This document shows positions 17,616-27,710 of a stretch of 32,000 bases of DNA, one piece after another (positions within the stretch are counted from its first letter, which is position 1; the number at the start of each line of letters is the position of its first letter). The DNA is from Schaalia odontolytica (GTDB lineage Bacteria > Actinomycetota > Actinomycetes > Actinomycetales > Actinomycetaceae). The notes under the pieces were generated by a model that saw only the letters and a list, made by a program, of their open reading frames with translations, was not told the DNA's origin and did no database searches. The stretch covers positions 1,080,001 through 1,112,000 of the forward strand of contig NZ_CP040006.1 in assembly GCF_005696695.1 (NCBI RefSeq). The letters are read 5' to 3'. A program made the position numbers and the translations under genes.

Positions 17616-18355
17616 AAGCATCGCACACCGACCAGCTCGAGCTTCTCGAGCTCCAGAAGCTCGACCAGAAGGAGTCGGCGCTGCGCCACAAGCGCGATTC
17701 TCACCCCGCGCATGAGACGGTGCGTGAGTTTGCGGGCCGCGTCGCTGACCTTCAGCGCGCCGCGATCAGCCAGAGCGCCGTTATCGCGGACACGATGCGC
17801 GAGGTGACTCGCATTGAGGATGAGATCGCGAAGGTCACTGAGCGTCGGAAGCGTCAGCAGAGCCGTATCGACAACAACCAGGTCCCCCTGCGCGATATCT
17901 CGGCCATGGAACACGAGATCGCCCAGATGGACCGCCGCCTCGCCAAGCTCGAGGACGATCAGGTGGAGGCCGAGGAACGCGTCGAGGCAGCCCGCGCGGC
18001 TCAGGAACGGATGAAGGCCGAAGCTCAGGCCATCGCCGCCGACATCGAGGCGCTCAAGGCCCAGTTCGAGGCCGACGTCGCCGATTCCGATGAGGAACTG
18101 CGTCGCGTCATCGCAGCACGTCGTGAACTCGCCGATCGTCTGCCCGCGGACCTTCTCGAGGAGTACGAGGATGCGCGCCGCCGCAACGGCGCTCTCGCCG
18201 TCATCGAGGTCCGTGATGGCTACGGCATCGGCGTCGCCGCCGACCTGAGCCCGATGGAACTTGAGCGTATTCGCCTGACGCCCGCTGACGAGCTCTACCT
18301 GACCGAGGACACGGCACAGATCGTCGTGCGTACGGCGGCGAACACGCCGCGCTGA
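17612..18355 (+). CDS. Coiled-coil protein of the COG1579/DUF164 type (the usual 'zinc ribbon domain protein' partner of Nif3), here without any cysteine
   Basis: The GTG at 17612 overlaps the nif3 TGA (GTGA) and GGAGAA lies 6 nt upstream. The protein has a long heptad-like Glu/Arg/Ala-rich region. The position after nif3 is conserved in actinobacteria. The track ORF start (17453) lies inside nif3 and is rejected. Confidence 0.7.
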   Translation: MKASHTDQLELLELQKLDQKESALRHKRDSHPAHETVREFAGRVADLQRAAISQSAVIADTMREVTRIEDEIAKVTERRKRQQSRIDNNQVPLRDISAMEHEIAQMDRRLAKLEDDQVEAEERVEAARAAQERMKAEAQAIAADIEALKAQFEADVADSDEELRRVIAARRELADRLPADLLEEYEDARRRNGALAVIEVRDGYGIGVAADLSPMELERIRLTPADELYLTEDTAQIVVRTAANTPR

Positions 18356-18358
18356 GGC

Positions 18359-19696
18359 TCAGGCCTCGATAGCGTAGGCGTCCGCCAGGTAGAAGCCCTG
18401 CCTGCTCTTCGTGACCGTCACCCGGACCTGGGTGGCGGTCACGGGCTTTTCCAGGGTGATGATGCGGCGGTATCCGACGCACTGGACACGAGCAATCTGC
18501 TGCTCATAGTCGTCGTCGACACACGCGGTCACCACGGCCTCGTCGATGCGCTGACCCTGGGCGATGTCCTCCTCAAGGACGATCGCGCCAACAGTGCGCG
18601 GCTCATCAAAGCGCAGGGTCACGACGTCGCCGTCGTCCTCGCGCGATGCCTCGATGCGACGCGAGCGGAAGTCCGCGATCTTTTCGCCCAGGCGTGCCAG
18701 GACCTCAACGTCGGCGTTCGCGAGGAGACCGTCGCGGTTCGGGGGCACGTTTAGGAGGAACGTCGCGTTGCCGCCGACCGAGCCCTTCCAGATCGAGAAC
18801 AGCTCGTCGACGCTGCGCACCTGGGAGTCTTCGACGTCGTGGTGGAACCAGCCCTTACGCGTGGAGGTGTTGACCTCGGCGGGGTACCAGGCAAGAGGGC
18901 CAGAATAGTCGGCCAACGCCTCGCGCGAGCCCAGATCTTCGTCGCCGGAAGCCACCTGACGAGAGAACTCGCCGTCGTCGGCCTTCTGAGACTTCTCCGC
19001 GGTGCGCTCGGCCTCGCGCAGAGAAGCCGGAACGACCGACCATTCGTTGGCTCGCACAGAGCCGGCCTCGTTGCCACACCAGCGCACGTCGGGGCCGCAC
19101 ACGGAGATGACGGCCTCGGGTGCCAGCGCGCGAACCGTGTCGTAGATGCGCTGCCAGTCGTAGACCTGCACTTTGCCGTTGGGGCCCTCGCCGCACGCGC
19201 CGTCCAGCCACACGGAGAAGACCGGGCCGTAGTGGGTGAGCAGCTCGATAAGCTGGTTGATGTAGAAGTCGTTGTAGGCCTCGCCCTGGCCGTAGGTCGG
19301 CTCGGTCATGTCCCAGGGGGAGAGGTACACGCCGAACTTGAGGCCGTGACGCGCGGCCGCATCGGACACCTCGCGCACGAGGTCGCCGCGCCCGCCCTTC
19401 CACGGCGAAGACTCCACCGAGTGCTTCGTGTAGGCCGACGGCCACAGGCAGAACCCGTCGTGGTGCTTGCATGTGAGGATCACGCCGGTCATGCCGGCGC
19501 TGACGAGGGCGCGCATCCACTGATCGACATCGACGTTGCCCGGATTGAAGAGCGCCGGATCCTCGTGGCCCTCGCCCCACTCGCGGTCCGTCATCGTGTT
19601 CATGCCGAAGTGGATGAACGCGTACATCTCCATCTTCTGCCACTGAAGCTGACGGTGGGTGGGCCGAATATTGGCCAGGTAGTCCTCGTTGATCAT
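18359..19696 (-). CDS. Alpha-L-fucosidase, glycoside hydrolase family 29, with a C-terminal beta-sandwich (F5/8-type-C-like) domain. No signal peptide.
   Basis: 'YAFIHFGMNTMTDREWG', 'LTCKHHDGFCLWPS' and 'YLSPWD' are typical of GH29. The stop codon lies only 3 nt from the stop of the convergent COG1579-like gene. Confidence 0.85.
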   Translation of the reverse strand: MINEDYLANIRPTHRQLQWQKMEMYAFIHFGMNTMTDREWGEGHEDPALFNPGNVDVDQWMRALVSAGMTGVILTCKHHDGFCLWPSAYTKHSVESSPWKGGRGDLVREVSDAAARHGLKFGVYLSPWDMTEPTYGQGEAYNDFYINQLIELLTHYGPVFSVWLDGACGEGPNGKVQVYDWQRIYDTVRALAPEAVISVCGPDVRWCGNEAGSVRANEWSVVPASLREAERTAEKSQKADDGEFSRQVASGDEDLGSREALADYSGPLAWYPAEVNTSTRKGWFHHDVEDSQVRSVDELFSIWKGSVGGNATFLLNVPPNRDGLLANADVEVLARLGEKIADFRSRRIEASREDDGDVVTLRFDEPRTVGAIVLEEDIAQGQRIDEAVVTACVDDDYEQQIARVQCVGYRRIITLEKPVTATQVRVTVTKSRQGFYLADAYAIEA

Positions 19697-19775
19697 GCCT
19701 ATGGTTTCCGCTTGATGGCCGATGCCTCGGCCGGTCCTGCACCCTGCAGGTTCCGGAAAAAGGATAGCCTACCTA

Positions 19776-20588
19776 TCAGTGCGTGACCAACGTTACTGTG
19801 CGTGTCGATCCGCCCTTTTTTGTCTGTTTTTCGGGGCCATATTCCACGTCAGTGACGCGGTGTTCGTGTCCCTTCGCGTCAGCCAGTGACAGCGAGTACG
19901 CGGCCTCCTCCAGGGCCTTCTCCGCTGCCAAGGTTTCTTCGGCCCGATAGCCGTCAGAGGCCAGCAGCAGGCCGGTGATGGCGCCGCGCCAACGCTTCGC
20001 ATCGTGGGAGATGACCGAGCGCTTGCCGTCCGCCTCGCGCTCGACGCGCAGCTCCCAGACGCGCGCCCACGGTGCTTTGCACGCGGCGCGATAGGGGCCG
20101 GATCGGCCGTCGACGATGATCCGCTCCGATGCCTCGGGGGACAGGGCCTCATCGAGTCGCGGCGCCCACCAGGTCGACAGGACACCGAGGTCGGGCAGGG
20201 ATACTCCCATCGCAAGGCGGTGGTCCGGAATGACGTCGCTGGGGGAGAGGACGCCAAAGAGCCCTGAGAAGATCGACACGTGCGCCGCACCTGTGCCCGA
20301 CCACGCGTTCGGCGCGCACTCCTCGATCGCCTCGTAGAGGACTCCGGTAAACAGCGACGAGGCCGGGGCACAGGGAGCGGAATCGAGCGCGGTGTTGACG
20401 GACAGGTCGATTCTTGCGCCGACCTTCAGGACGGCAGCCGCTTCGGGACCGTCCCCGAGGGCCTGGAGAGTCTCGCACACGGCGCGGCGGCTCGATGCGA
20501 GGATGGGGCGGGACAGAGTGTTGACATCGAGAGACGGGCCGTGCGCAGGCGCGTTCTTTCCCTCTGACGGGGGCAACCAGATCAGCAT
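19776..20588 (-). CDS. yaaA: YaaA-family (UPF0246/DUF328) peroxide stress protein
   Basis: The N-terminal 'MLIWLPPSEGKN' is the family signature. The ATG at 20588 is preferred. The ORF opens at GTG 20597. Confidence 0.8.
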   Translation of the reverse strand: MLIWLPPSEGKNAPAHGPSLDVNTLSRPILASSRRAVCETLQALGDGPEAAAVLKVGARIDLSVNTALDSAPCAPASSLFTGVLYEAIEECAPNAWSGTGAAHVSIFSGLFGVLSPSDVIPDHRLAMGVSLPDLGVLSTWWAPRLDEALSPEASERIIVDGRSGPYRAACKAPWARVWELRVEREADGKRSVISHDAKRWRGAITGLLLASDGYRAEETLAAEKALEEAAYSLSLADAKGHEHRVTDVEYGPEKQTKKGGSTRTVTLVTH

Positions 20589-20625
20589 GGTGACCACCCT
20601 ATCGCGGGGGCGCGGCCATGCGCGC

Positions 20626-20631
20626 TATGAT
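20626..20631 (+). promoter_or_regulatory. Candidate -10 hexamer TATGAT for rnpB
   Basis: It lies 6 nt upstream of the predicted RNase P RNA 5' end (GGATCTGCCGGCC). Confidence 0.4.
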
Positions 20632-20637
20632 CGATGC

Positions 20638-21004
20638 GGATCTGCCGGCCGGGCGGCCGCGCGCGGAAACGCTCGAGGAACGTCCGGGCTCCACAGGGCA
20701 GGGTGATGGCTAACAGCCACCCGGGGTAACCCGCGGGATAGTGCCACAGAAAACAAACCACCGGCGCGTATGCGGCGGTAAGGGTGAAAAGGTGAGGTAA
20801 GAGCTCACCAGCGGCGCAGGTGACTGCGTCGGCTAGGTAAACCCCACCCGGAGCAAGACCGAGCAGCAGGCAGGGCGGCCCGTCCGATGCCTGCGGGTAG
20901 GTTGCTGGAGGCCGTCGGTAACGACGGTCCTAGATAGATGGTCGCCACCGCACGGCCGGTAACGGCGTGCGTGACAGAACCCGGCGTATAGGCCGACAGA
21001 TGCC
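20638..21004 (+). ncRNA. rnpB: RNase P RNA, bacterial class A
   Basis: Universal conserved blocks are present: GAGGAACGTCCGGGCTCCACAGGGCAGGGTGATGGCTAACAGCCACCCGGGGTAACCCGCGGGATAGTGCCACAGAAAACAAACC, GGTAAGGGTGAAAAGGTGAGGTAAGAGCTCACCAG and ACAGAACCCGGCGTATAGGCCG. The 5' GGATCTGCCGGCC can pair with the 3' GGCCGACAGATGCC (P1). The ends are approximate to within about 5 nt. Confidence 0.92.
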
Positions 21005-21036
21005 AGAAGGACCCCGACTCGCGTCGGGGTCCTTCT
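21005..21036. terminator. Stem-loop after rnpB, shared with the convergent ppgK
   Basis: AGAAGGACCCCGAC (21005-21018), TCGC loop, GTCGGGGTCCTTCT (21023-21036). This is a perfect 14-bp stem. Confidence 0.7.
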
Positions 21037-21057
21037 GTGTGCTCGGTGCGTCCGCGA

Positions 21058-21810
21058 TCAGGCGCTGTGCTGTGCCGCGTAGTAGGCGGCGCCGACGATG
21101 CCGGCGGTGTTGAGAAGCTTCGCGGGGATCATCGGGGTCTTCAGATCCAGGAGCGGCATGAACTTCTCGTGGTTCTCAGATACGCCGCCACCGACCACGA
21201 AGAGGTCGGGGTTGAGCAGGAACTCGACGTGACCGTAGTAGCGCTGGAGGCGCTGCGCCCACTGCTCCCAATTCAGGCCCTGGAGGGTCTTCTGACCCGA
21301 GGAGGCGTTCTTCTCCGCGTCGGTGCCGTCGATCTCGAGGTGGCCGAGCTCGGTGTTGGTCAGGAGCGTGCCGTTGACGATGATCGCCGAACCGATGCCC
21401 GTGCCCTGGGTCGTAAACACGATGACGCCGTCGCGGCCCTTGGCTGCGCCATAGGCGACCTCGGCGATGCCCGCCGCGTCTGCGTCGTTGAGCGCGACGA
21501 CAGCGCGTCCCAGGTAGCGCTCCATCAGCTCGTCCACATCGACGTTGACCCACGACTGGTCAAGGTTCGCCATGTAGGGAATGACGCCGTCAAAGACGGG
21601 AGCGGGGAAGGTCACGCCGATCGGAACGCCGACTTTGACGTCGAGCTGGTCGATGACCTCGCGGCACACCGCGGCGACGGCGTCGGGCGTCGCGGGATCC
21701 GGGGTGGGGATTCGAACCTGATCGCCGATGTACTCTCCGGTTTCCAGATCAACGAGCGCGCCCTTAACGCCCGATCCACCGATATCGATGCCGCATGCGA
21801 CCTGAACCAT
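21058..21810 (-). CDS. ppgK: Polyphosphate/ATP-dependent glucokinase (ROK family)
   Basis: 'GIDIGGSGVKGALVDLETGE' (ROK ATP-binding N-terminus), 'NDADAAGIAE', 'GTGIGSA' and 'ELGHLEIDG' are present. Size and motifs match actinobacterial PpgK. The ATG at 21810 is preceded by GAGGAGG. The longer track ORF (to 21978) is rejected. Confidence 0.85.
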   Translation of the reverse strand: MVQVACGIDIGGSGVKGALVDLETGEYIGDQVRIPTPDPATPDAVAAVCREVIDQLDVKVGVPIGVTFPAPVFDGVIPYMANLDQSWVNVDVDELMERYLGRAVVALNDADAAGIAEVAYGAAKGRDGVIVFTTQGTGIGSAIIVNGTLLTNTELGHLEIDGTDAEKNASSGQKTLQGLNWEQWAQRLQRYYGHVEFLLNPDLFVVGGGVSENHEKFMPLLDLKTPMIPAKLLNTAGIVGAAYYAAQHSA

Positions 21811-21902
21811 GACCCCTCCTCGGGTAATGAAATCCTGTTGTCCGCGAGCCCCTGAAGCCCGTCGTACCCGAATTGTATGGGATGTCACGACCAATAGCGA
21901 AA

Positions 21903-21933
21903 CCCGCCTCAGACTGTGAGAGTCAAAGGCGGG
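21903..21933 (-). terminator. Possible weak terminator hairpin downstream of map
   Basis: On the minus strand CCCGCCT...AGGCGGG (7 bp) plus an inner GACT/AGTC pairing, followed by only TTT. A TACAAT -10-like hexamer (minus strand, 21872-21877) for ppgK lies downstream. Confidence 0.35.
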
Positions 21934-21949
21934 CCTCGGAGAATGAGGG

Positions 21950-22834
21950 TCACGGAAGGGTGAGAATCTCAGCCCCATCCTCTGTGACGACGATCGTGTG
22001 CTCGAACTGGGCCGTGCGGGAACGATCGGCGGTCACGATCGTCCAGTCGTCGTCCCACTGCTCCCACTCGACCGTGCCGAGTGTCAGCATCGGCTCGATC
22101 GTGAAGACCATGCCGGGTTCCATGACCGTGTCGTACGCCGGGGCTGCGTCATAGTGAGGGATGATCAGTCCGGAGTGGAAGGCCTCGCCGACTCCGTGTC
22201 CGGTGTAGTCGCGCACCACGCCGTAGTCGAAGCGCTTCGCGTAGGCCTCGATGACGCGACCGATGACGTTGATCTCGCGGCCCGGACGGACGGCCTTGAT
22301 GCCGCGCATCATCGCGTTTTTCGTGCGCTCGATGAGCAGGTGCGACTCCTCGTCGACGGTGCCAACCTCGAACATTGCGCACGTGTCGCCGTGGACGCCG
22401 TCCTTGTAGGCCGTGATGTCGATGTTGATGATGTCGCCGTCTTCGAGTGGACGGTCGTCCGGAATGCCGTGGCAGATGACCTCATTGATGGAGGTGCAGA
22501 TGGACTTGGGGAAGCCCATGTAGCCCAGGCATGAAGGGTAGGCGTCGTGCGCGATGAGGAATTCGTGGCCGATGCGGTCGAGTTCCTCGGTGGTGATACC
22601 GGGGGCAATTGCGGCGCCGACGGCTTCGATAGCGCCCGCCGCGATACGTCCGGCCTCGCGAATCTTCGCGATGGTCTCGGGGCTCTTGATCTCCGAGGCG
22701 GTGACGCGCTCGGGTCCGTCGTGGAACATGTACTCGGGGCGCTCGATGTGCTCGGGGACCGCACGCATCGGTGAGACGCGTCCCGGCTTCAAAGTGCCCA
22801 AAGGGGCGCGGCGAGCGAGTGCGGATGCTTCCAT
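21950..22834 (-). CDS. map: Type I methionine aminopeptidase (class Ic, with N-terminal extension)
   Basis: 'VICHGIP', 'DIINIDITAYKDGVHGDT', 'YTGHGVG' and 'FTIEPM', 'AQFEHT' are the metal-ligand motifs. The N-terminal extension 'LKPGRVSPMRAVPEHIERPEY' is like MetAP1c. AGGAGG lies upstream of the ATG. Confidence 0.93.
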   Translation of the reverse strand: MEASALARRAPLGTLKPGRVSPMRAVPEHIERPEYMFHDGPERVTASEIKSPETIAKIREAGRIAAGAIEAVGAAIAPGITTEELDRIGHEFLIAHDAYPSCLGYMGFPKSICTSINEVICHGIPDDRPLEDGDIINIDITAYKDGVHGDTCAMFEVGTVDEESHLLIERTKNAMMRGIKAVRPGREINVIGRVIEAYAKRFDYGVVRDYTGHGVGEAFHSGLIIPHYDAAPAYDTVMEPGMVFTIEPMLTLGTVEWEQWDDDWTIVTADRSRTAQFEHTIVVTEDGAEILTLP

Positions 22835-22862
22835 GGGGTGTTCCTCCTGCGATCGGGTAGCG

Positions 22863-23723
22863 TCAGTCGTTCTTGTAGTTGTCGGGTCCGGGGAAGGAGC
22901 GCTCGCGCACGGCCTCCACGTACTCTGATGCAGCCTCGCGCAGGGCTGCTCCGAGCTGGCCGAACTTGCGAACGAATGACGGCGTCCACTCGGAGTAGCC
23001 AGCCATATCGGACCAGACGAGCACCTGGCCGTCCGTGTTCGGACCTGCGCCGATACCGATGGTCGGGATACTCAGGCTCTCGGTCAATTCGGTGGCAATC
23101 GATGCTGGTACCATCTCGAAGACGACGGCGAAGGCGCCGGCCTTCTCGATGGCCTCGGCGTCTCGGCGAAGCGCATCGGCGCCGGCTCCACGGCCCTGCA
23201 TGCGGGGGCCACCCAGGGTGTTTTCGGACTGGGGCGTGTAGCCCAGGTGTGCGCACACGGGGATACCAGCCGAGACGAGGCCCGCAATGATATGGGCGCG
23301 GCTCTGCCCGCCCTCTAGCTTCACTGCGTGTGCCCCGGCCTTCATGAGGCGCGTTGCGGAAGCAAAAGCATGCTCAAGCGTGTCCTCGTACGTGCCAAAA
23401 GGCAGATCCGCCACGATCATGGCGCGCGAGGTCGAACGAGCAACGGCGGCGGTGGCGCGCTCCATGTCCTCCAGGGTGACGGGCAGCGTCGAGCTGTGGC
23501 CGAGAATCACGTTGCCGAGCGAATCGCCGACGAGCAGCATGTCCACGCCCGCAGCCTCGAGAATGGGGGCGGTGAGAGCGTCGTAGGCGGTGAGCATCGT
23601 GAGGGGAATGCCTTCGGCCTTAGCACCCGCGATATGCTGGATGCGCACGCGCTGAGCGGAAAACAGGGCTGGCGTCTGCGACGAGGCTGGGGCCCCGCCC
23701 TCCGGTTGCGAAATGTGGGACAC
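22863..23723 (-). CDS. panB: 3-methyl-2-oxobutanoate hydroxymethyltransferase (pantothenate biosynthesis)
   Basis: 'LTMLTAYDALTAPILEAAGVDMLLVGDSLGNVILGH', 'ADLPFGTY' and 'VKLEGG' are present. The GTG at 23723 with GAAGGA upstream is preferred. The ORF opens at 23762. Confidence 0.9.
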   Translation of the reverse strand: MSHISQPEGGAPASSQTPALFSAQRVRIQHIAGAKAEGIPLTMLTAYDALTAPILEAAGVDMLLVGDSLGNVILGHSSTLPVTLEDMERATAAVARSTSRAMIVADLPFGTYEDTLEHAFASATRLMKAGAHAVKLEGGQSRAHIIAGLVSAGIPVCAHLGYTPQSENTLGGPRMQGRGAGADALRRDAEAIEKAGAFAVVFEMVPASIATELTESLSIPTIGIGAGPNTDGQVLVWSDMAGYSEWTPSFVRKFGQLGAALREAASEYVEAVRERSFPGPDNYKND

Positions 23724-23861
23724 GGAAATCCTTCGGTGAGCTGTTGGAGCGCGAGAGCGCATTCACGTCTTACAGGGTAGCGCGCCCGTGGATCCGGTGA
23801 GCTGTGAGGAGAGGCGAACGGGTAGGATGGTGGGCGGTGCGCGTGATGCGCGCAGTAATGA

Positions 23862-24977
<1,116 letters not shown>

Positions 24978-24978
24978 C

Positions 24979-27627
24979 ATGCCTATGGTTCCGCTGAGCT
25001 GGCTGTCCGACCACGTTGACGTCCCCGAGGGGACGGATGCACAGGCGCTTGCCGCCGCCCTCGTGAAGGTTGGCCTGGAAGAAGAAGAGATTCACCCCGC
25101 GCGTGTGACCGGCCCGCTCGTCGTGGGTCGTGTCCTGACCCGCGTGGAAGAGACCGCATCGAACGGCAAGATCGTGAACTACTGCCGCGTGGATGTCGGC
25201 GAGCACAACGACGCCCCGGGCACCGGCAAGGAGCCCTCGGATCTGCCGAGCCGTGGCATCATCTGCGGTGCGCACAACTTCGACGTTGATGACCTGGTCG
25301 TCGTGTCTCTGCCCGGAGCGATTCTGCCCGGAGACTTCCAGATCGCCGCGCGTAAGACCTACGGTCACGTCTCTGACGGCATGATCTGTTCCGCGCGCGA
25401 ACTCGGACTGGGGGAGGACCATGACGGCATCATCGTGCTGCCGAAGTACTTCCCGGACCGCGAGATTCCTGCCGTCGGTACGGACATTGTCTCCTGGCTG
25501 GGGCTGGGTGAAGAGGTCCTCGAGATCAACGTGACCCCGGACCGCGGCTACTGCTTCTCGATGCGCGGCATTGCTCGCGAGTACTCGCACTCGACGGGTG
25601 CTTCCTTCCGCGACCCCGGCCTGCCCGGCGTGATCGCGGCTGAGCCGCCGACGGCAAACTCCGATGGTTTCCCGGTCGTCTTCTCCGATGACGCGCCGAT
25701 CCGTAGCCGCGTCGGCGTGGACCGTTTCGTTGCGCGCATCGTGCGCGGCACGAACCCCAACGCTCCGACTCCGCGCTGGATGGTCGAGCGTCTTGAGGCC
25801 GCGGGCATGCGCTCGCTGTCTTTGGCCGTCGACATCACGAATTACGTCATGCTTGACCTCGGTCAGCCGATGCACGCCTACGACCTGGGCGACCTGGCCG
25901 CCCCGATCGTCGTGCGCCGTGCCCGCGCGGGCGAGACGCTTGTGACCCTGGACGAGGAAAAGCGCGAGCTCGACCCCCAGGATCTGCTCATCACTGACTC
26001 GCCCGAGGGAGAGGGCTCGCGCATCATCGGCATCGCCGGTGTCATGGGCGGTGCGTACTCCGAGGTGGGCGAGGGTACGACCGACGTGCTGTTCGAGGCA
26101 GCACACTTCGATTCGGTGTCCGTCGCCCGCAGCTCGCGCCGGCATAAGCTGCACTCGGAGGCCGCGAAGCGCTTCGAGCGTGGCACGGACCCGCAGCTTC
26201 CTGCGGTGGCTGCCCAGCGTGCGGTCGAGCTTCTCCTGGAATACGGCGGAGGCACCGTCGATGCCGGCGTCACCGACGTGGATCAGCGCGGCGAGGCCGT
26301 CGTCATTTCGTTGCCCGTCGGCGAGGTTGAGCGCCTGACCGGCGTTGCCCACGCTCCCGAGCGCATCGCCGAGCTACTGCGCACGGTCGGCTGCGTCGTC
26401 GAAGGCCCCAACAATGGCGCGTTCACGGTGACGGCTCCCTCGTGGCGTCCCGATCTCACGCTCCCGGCAGACCTGGTCGAGGAAGTCGCGCGTCTCGACG
26501 GCTACGACAACATTCCCGTGGTCATGCCTACCGCACCGGCGGGCCACGGTCTGACTGTCGCTCAGAAGGCGCGCCGTCTGGCCGCCGCTACGCTGGCCGA
26601 TGGCGGATTGGTTGAGGTCGAGTCCTACCCGTTCGTGTCCGACACCTGGGATCGTCAGGGCATTCCCGCCGACGATCCGCGTCGCGAGGCCCTGCGCCTG
26701 CGCAACCCGATGGCGGATGACGCCCCCTGGCTGCGCACCACGGTGCTCGATACCCTTCTCGACGTCGCCGGCCGTAACGTGTCGCGCTCCAACGCAGATG
26801 TCGCAATCTTCGAGGTCGCCAAGGTTGCCCGTCCCGCGGGCACTGTCCCGGCGGACCTGCCCAGCGCCGAGGAACGTCCCTCCGACGAGGTGATCGCGGC
26901 GCTTGAAGCTGGTATTCCTGCGCAGCCGTGGCACATTGGCGGTGTTCTGACCGGCCAGGCTGTTCCGGCCGGTGTCCTGGCGAACGCCCGCGCTTACGAC
27001 TGGGCCGACGCCCTCGAGTACGTGCGTCGCGTGGCGTCGGGTCTCGGCGTTCGCGTTGAAGTGACCCGTGCCTGGATGGATGAGGTGCCCGCGCACAAGG
27101 GTGCCCCGATACCTGCTCCGGCGACGGATCCCGCTGCGGTTGCACCGTTCCACCCCGGCCGCGTCGCGCGCGTCTTCGTGCGCGCTGGCCGTGACCTCGT
27201 CGATGTTGCTCTTGCTGGCGAGCTGTCGCCCGCTGCGTGCCGCGCCTTCGGCCTGCCGGCCCGTTCGTGCGCGTTCGAGATCGACATGGATGCGCTGATC
27301 TCTCAGATGAGCGAGGCGCCCATCCAGGTCAAGGGTGTCTCGACGTTCCCGCTGGCCAAGGAAGACATCGCTCTCGTCGTGCCCTCCGATATTCCCGCGT
27401 CGCGCGTCGAGCAGATCGTGCGCCAGGGAGCTGGCCAGCTTGCCGAGTCCGTGACGCTTTTCGACATCTATGAGGGCGATCAGGTGCCCGAGGGCCACCG
27501 CTCTCTCGCCTTTGCGCTGCGCCTGCGCGCGGCCGACCACACGCTGACTGCGAAGGAATCCTCCCAGGTACGCGAGCAGGTCGTCGCGAAGGCAGCCAAG
27601 GTCCTTGGGGCGTCGTTGCGCGCATAA
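24979..27627 (+). CDS. pheT: Phenylalanine--tRNA ligase beta subunit
   Basis: 'MPMVPLSWLSDHVDV' is the N-terminus. The tRNA-binding, B3/4, B5 and FDX-ACB segments are colinear with PheT. The ATG lies 1 nt after the pheS TGA. Confidence 0.95.
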   Translation: MPMVPLSWLSDHVDVPEGTDAQALAAALVKVGLEEEEIHPARVTGPLVVGRVLTRVEETASNGKIVNYCRVDVGEHNDAPGTGKEPSDLPSRGIICGAHNFDVDDLVVVSLPGAILPGDFQIAARKTYGHVSDGMICSARELGLGEDHDGIIVLPKYFPDREIPAVGTDIVSWLGLGEEVLEINVTPDRGYCFSMRGIAREYSHSTGASFRDPGLPGVIAAEPPTANSDGFPVVFSDDAPIRSRVGVDRFVARIVRGTNPNAPTPRWMVERLEAAGMRSLSLAVDITNYVMLDLGQPMHAYDLGDLAAPIVVRRARAGETLVTLDEEKRELDPQDLLITDSPEGEGSRIIGIAGVMGGAYSEVGEGTTDVLFEAAHFDSVSVARSSRRHKLHSEAAKRFERGTDPQLPAVAAQRAVELLLEYGGGTVDAGVTDVDQRGEAVVISLPVGEVERLTGVAHAPERIAELLRTVGCVVEGPNNGAFTVTAPSWRPDLTLPADLVEEVARLDGYDNIPVVMPTAPAGHGLTVAQKARRLAAATLADGGLVEVESYPFVSDTWDRQGIPADDPRREALRLRNPMADDAPWLRTTVLDTLLDVAGRNVSRSNADVAIFEVAKVARPAGTVPADLPSAEERPSDEVIAALEAGIPAQPWHIGGVLTGQAVPAGVLANARAYDWADALEYVRRVASGLGVRVEVTRAWMDEVPAHKGAPIPAPATDPAAVAPFHPGRVARVFVRAGRDLVDVALAGELSPAACRAFGLPARSCAFEIDMDALISQMSEAPIQVKGVSTFPLAKEDIALVVPSDIPASRVEQIVRQGAGQLAESVTLFDIYEGDQVPEGHRSLAFALRLRAADHTLTAKESSQVREQVVAKAAKVLGASLRA

Positions 27628-27643
27628 GGTCCACGTAGCGACA

Positions 27644-27710
27644 GGCCGGTCGAATCGGCGGTGTGGCACCCCACTCATTTGGGGCGTTGCGCCCATCGAT
27701 TCGACCGGTC
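27644..27710 (+). terminator. Long nested stem-loop downstream of pheT (terminator-like or structured element)
   Basis: GGCCGGTCGAATCG (27644-27657) pairs with CGATTCGACCGGTC (27697-27710) as 14 bp with one G.U. There is an inner CCCC(27669-72)/GGGG(27681-84) hairpin. It is followed by TTCGCTTTAC. Confidence 0.45.

Noticed and set aside
19727-19752. Hairpin CCGGTCCTGCA-CCC-TGCAGGTTCCGG between yaaA and the fucosidase gene, considered as a yaaA terminator.
   Set aside because: On the coding (minus) strand the T-run precedes rather than follows the stem. The stem has an internal mismatch and a 3-nt loop. It is not a convincing intrinsic terminator, so the two genes may simply be co-transcribed.
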